Positions 6,254 through 7,556 of a stretch of 7,556 bases of DNA are shown here, in pieces. Position numbers and translations under genes: made by a program. The DNA comes from a virus (lineage: Duplodnaviria > Heunggongvirae > Uroviricota > Caudoviricetes): IMG/VR virus record IMGVR_UViG_2737471851_000002; one strand, given 5' to 3'. The notes under the pieces were generated by a model. The model worked only from the letters and a program-made list of their open reading frames with translations, did no database searches and was not told where the DNA came from. Positions within the stretch are counted from its first letter, which is position 1. Each line of letters begins with the position of its first letter.

Positions 6254-6533
6254 TAAGTAACCTCGTGATGGTTTTCTCGCGCTGTGCTTCACGTTTCGCG
6301 GCGTTCTCCAGTTCCTGACGCAGTGCCACCTGCGCCAGCTCGTTTTTGCCTGCCCTGGTAAGGGCAACATGAAGCTGGTTTTTCAGCATGGTGATGGTCG
6401 TCTGCTGTTCACTGGCGACGTTGTTCGCCCTGTCCAGCGAGGCGCGCAGGCTGGCATTTTTATGTTTCACCAGAAACAGACCGGCCACCGCCAGTGATAA
6501 CAACACAACCAGCACAGTCATCAGCTTTGACAT
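6108..6533 (-). CDS. lysB: i-spanin LysB (Rz-like, 141 aa)
   Basis: N-terminal transmembrane segment (MSKLMTVLVVLLSLAVAGLFLV) followed by a charged, helical periplasmic domain. A second ORF with a lipoprotein signal is embedded in another frame, the Rz/Rz1 arrangement. GAGG Shine-Dalgarno upstream. The start overlaps the lysA 3' end by 13 nt. Confidence 0.85.
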   Translation of the reverse strand: MSKLMTVLVVLLSLAVAGLFLVKHKNASLRASLDRANNVASEQQTTITMLKNQLHVALTRAGKNELAQVALRQELENAAKREAQREKTITRLLNENEDFRRWYGADLPDAVRRLHQRPACTDASDCRQRLPESEPLPDAGQ

Positions 6534-6946
6534 GGTTCCCGCCCCTCAAAACGCTGACGGCAGGCCGTACGTATCAGCCGGAAAAACAGCGACGCCACAA
6601 GATAAATCAGCGCAGTAAAAATCCACCCGGCAGCGACCAGCGAGATAAACGTCACCACCATCACCACCAGAGCCGCCACCCGTCTGCACCACGGCACCGG
6701 CTGCAAAAACAGCGACGTGACAATCTTCACGGCCAGCGATTCCGGCGGCAGCTCCCGTCCGTAGCGTTCCAGTACATACTCAGTGGCATACACACCGACA
6801 CCACCGGCAACCACACAGATAACCGTCGCCAGAATCGCCCAGGTGGCAACAAAACTGACGGCCACGCTCTGCGGGTAAATCAGGGACAGTGCCAGCATCA
6901 GCGCCAGCAACACGTTCAGCATCAGTGAAAGGGATAATTTCTTCAT
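6521..6946 (-). CDS. lysA: LysA-like membrane protein (lysis timing or antiholin-type accessory, 141 aa)
   Basis: 141-aa ORF with several predicted transmembrane helices, sitting between the endolysin and lysB as in P2. GGAG Shine-Dalgarno 9-12 nt upstream. Confidence 0.75.
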   Translation of the reverse strand: MKKLSLSLMLNVLLALMLALSLIYPQSVAVSFVATWAILATVICVVAGGVGVYATEYVLERYGRELPPESLAVKIVTSLFLQPVPWCRRVAALVVMVVTFISLVAAGWIFTALIYLVASLFFRLIRTACRQRFEGREPCQS

Positions 6947-6960
6947 GGTGTTGACTCCGT

Positions 6961-7458
6961 TTAAGCCGGTACGCCGCCAGCGGTACGCCAGACGGTGACC
7001 AGTTTTTCCAGTGAATGCTCACGCTGACCGTAACCGGCACCCGGCAGGGACGCCCAGATATTGCGACAGCGTGAAATGGCGCGCTCAATGCGTCCCGCCC
7101 GGATGTCATCCAGTGCACCGCGTTCGCGGATCAACTGAATGGCGAGCCTGTCCTGTGACAACGGACTGAAATCCGGCAGGGCAAGCTGTTTGCGGTAATG
7201 CGGCCAGAACAGGTAAAGCTGCTGATAGCGACCGGAGGCCGTTGATTTTTCACCGCGACGGTTAAACACCTTCGCCGGTCGGCCATGCGCGAACGGGTGG
7301 TCACTGTAGTCGGTGAAAATTTCCGGCTTTCCGTCCAGTCCGGTGACTATCACGTCATAGCCCCGGTTTTTCGTCAGCGGATGGTTCACCGTCCCTTCGG
7401 ACACGGCCAGCATGTCGAGAAAGGCGGCGATATTCTGATGCGTGTTAATTACCGGCAT
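6961..7458 (-). CDS. K: Endolysin, lambda-R-like lytic transglycosylase (P2 gpK-like, 165 aa)
   Basis: N-terminal motif FLDMLAVSEGT and C-terminal IWASLPGAGYGQREH closely resemble lambda R (LDMLAWSEGT ... IWASLPGAGYGQFEH) as I recall it. Length and position match P2 K. Confidence 0.9.
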   Translation of the reverse strand: MPVINTHQNIAAFLDMLAVSEGTVNHPLTKNRGYDVIVTGLDGKPEIFTDYSDHPFAHGRPAKVFNRRGEKSTASGRYQQLYLFWPHYRKQLALPDFSPLSQDRLAIQLIRERGALDDIRAGRIERAISRCRNIWASLPGAGYGQREHSLEKLVTVWRTAGGVPA

Positions 7459-7556
7459 TACGGTTTCCCCCTGCCCTTAAAGCGGCGCTGAATGGCAATC
7501 TCAATCACCTGATAACCGGCGATACCCAGCATGGAGCCGATGCCGCACACCGCAGG
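7458..7556 (-). CDS. Y: Holin, C-terminal fragment (the gene starts beyond the window end)
   Basis: Open frame entering from the window end reads ...PAVCGIGSMLGIAGYQVIEIAIQRRFKGRGKP and stops at TAA 7460..7458, overlapping the K start as TAATG. Its position immediately upstream of the endolysin fits the P2 holin. Only 32 codons are visible. Confidence 0.5.
   Translation of the reverse strand, partial: PAVCGIGSMLGIAGYQVIEIAIQRRFKGRGKP

Noticed and set aside
6254-6370. N-terminal 39-codon extension of the 313-aa ORF given by the ORF track (start at 6370)
   Set aside because: No ribosome binding site upstream, and the extension is Arg/Trp-rich out-of-frame lysB sequence. The internal ATG at 6253 has a GAGG Shine-Dalgarno and begins a lipoprotein signal, so it is the likely true start.
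6494-6928. 144-aa plus-strand ORF with a His-rich run (KRHHHHHQSRH)
   Set aside because: Antisense to lysA and lysB. The His run is the reverse-frame reflection of the Val/Met-rich transmembrane codons of LysA. No credible start context.
1-7556. Search for tRNA, rRNA, CRISPR repeats, IS element terminal inverted repeats or an integrase/att site
   Set aside because: No cloverleaf-compatible segments, no regularly spaced direct repeats and no transposase-like ORFs were seen. The window is internal to the prophage late region, so attachment sites are not expected here.

Overview
This window is the late (morphogenesis and lysis) region of a P2-like (Peduovirus-type) prophage, with every gene on the minus strand. 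Read in the direction of transcription (high to low coordinates) it holds: the holin 3' end (Y, partial), a lambda-R-like endolysin (K), LysA, the i-spanin LysB with an embedded o-spanin start (LysC), a lower-GC cargo segment of about 0.6 kb, then the tail module FI (sheath), FII (tube), E and E+E' (frameshift chaperone), T (tape measure), U, and the first codons of D. Assignments rest on reading the translated ORFs against remembered P2 proteins and gene order; no database search was run. Two things stand out. First, the lysis cassette is joined almost directly to the sheath operon, so the block that separates them in P2 (R, S, V, W, J, I, H, G) is absent from this window. Second, the lysC reading frame stays open through the cargo segment to give a predicted 274-aa product: lipoprotein signal, Pro/Cys-rich spanin-like region, a hydrophobic helix, and about 190 aa of unrecognised sequence with a highly charged tail. 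This sits next to FI, where P2 carries its non-essential Z/fun locus, so it is the best candidate here for an undescribed accessory or defence function. A terminator-like hairpin and a dyad lie between the cargo and FI, and the E/E' slippery site is intact. No tRNA, rRNA, CRISPR array or IS element was seen.
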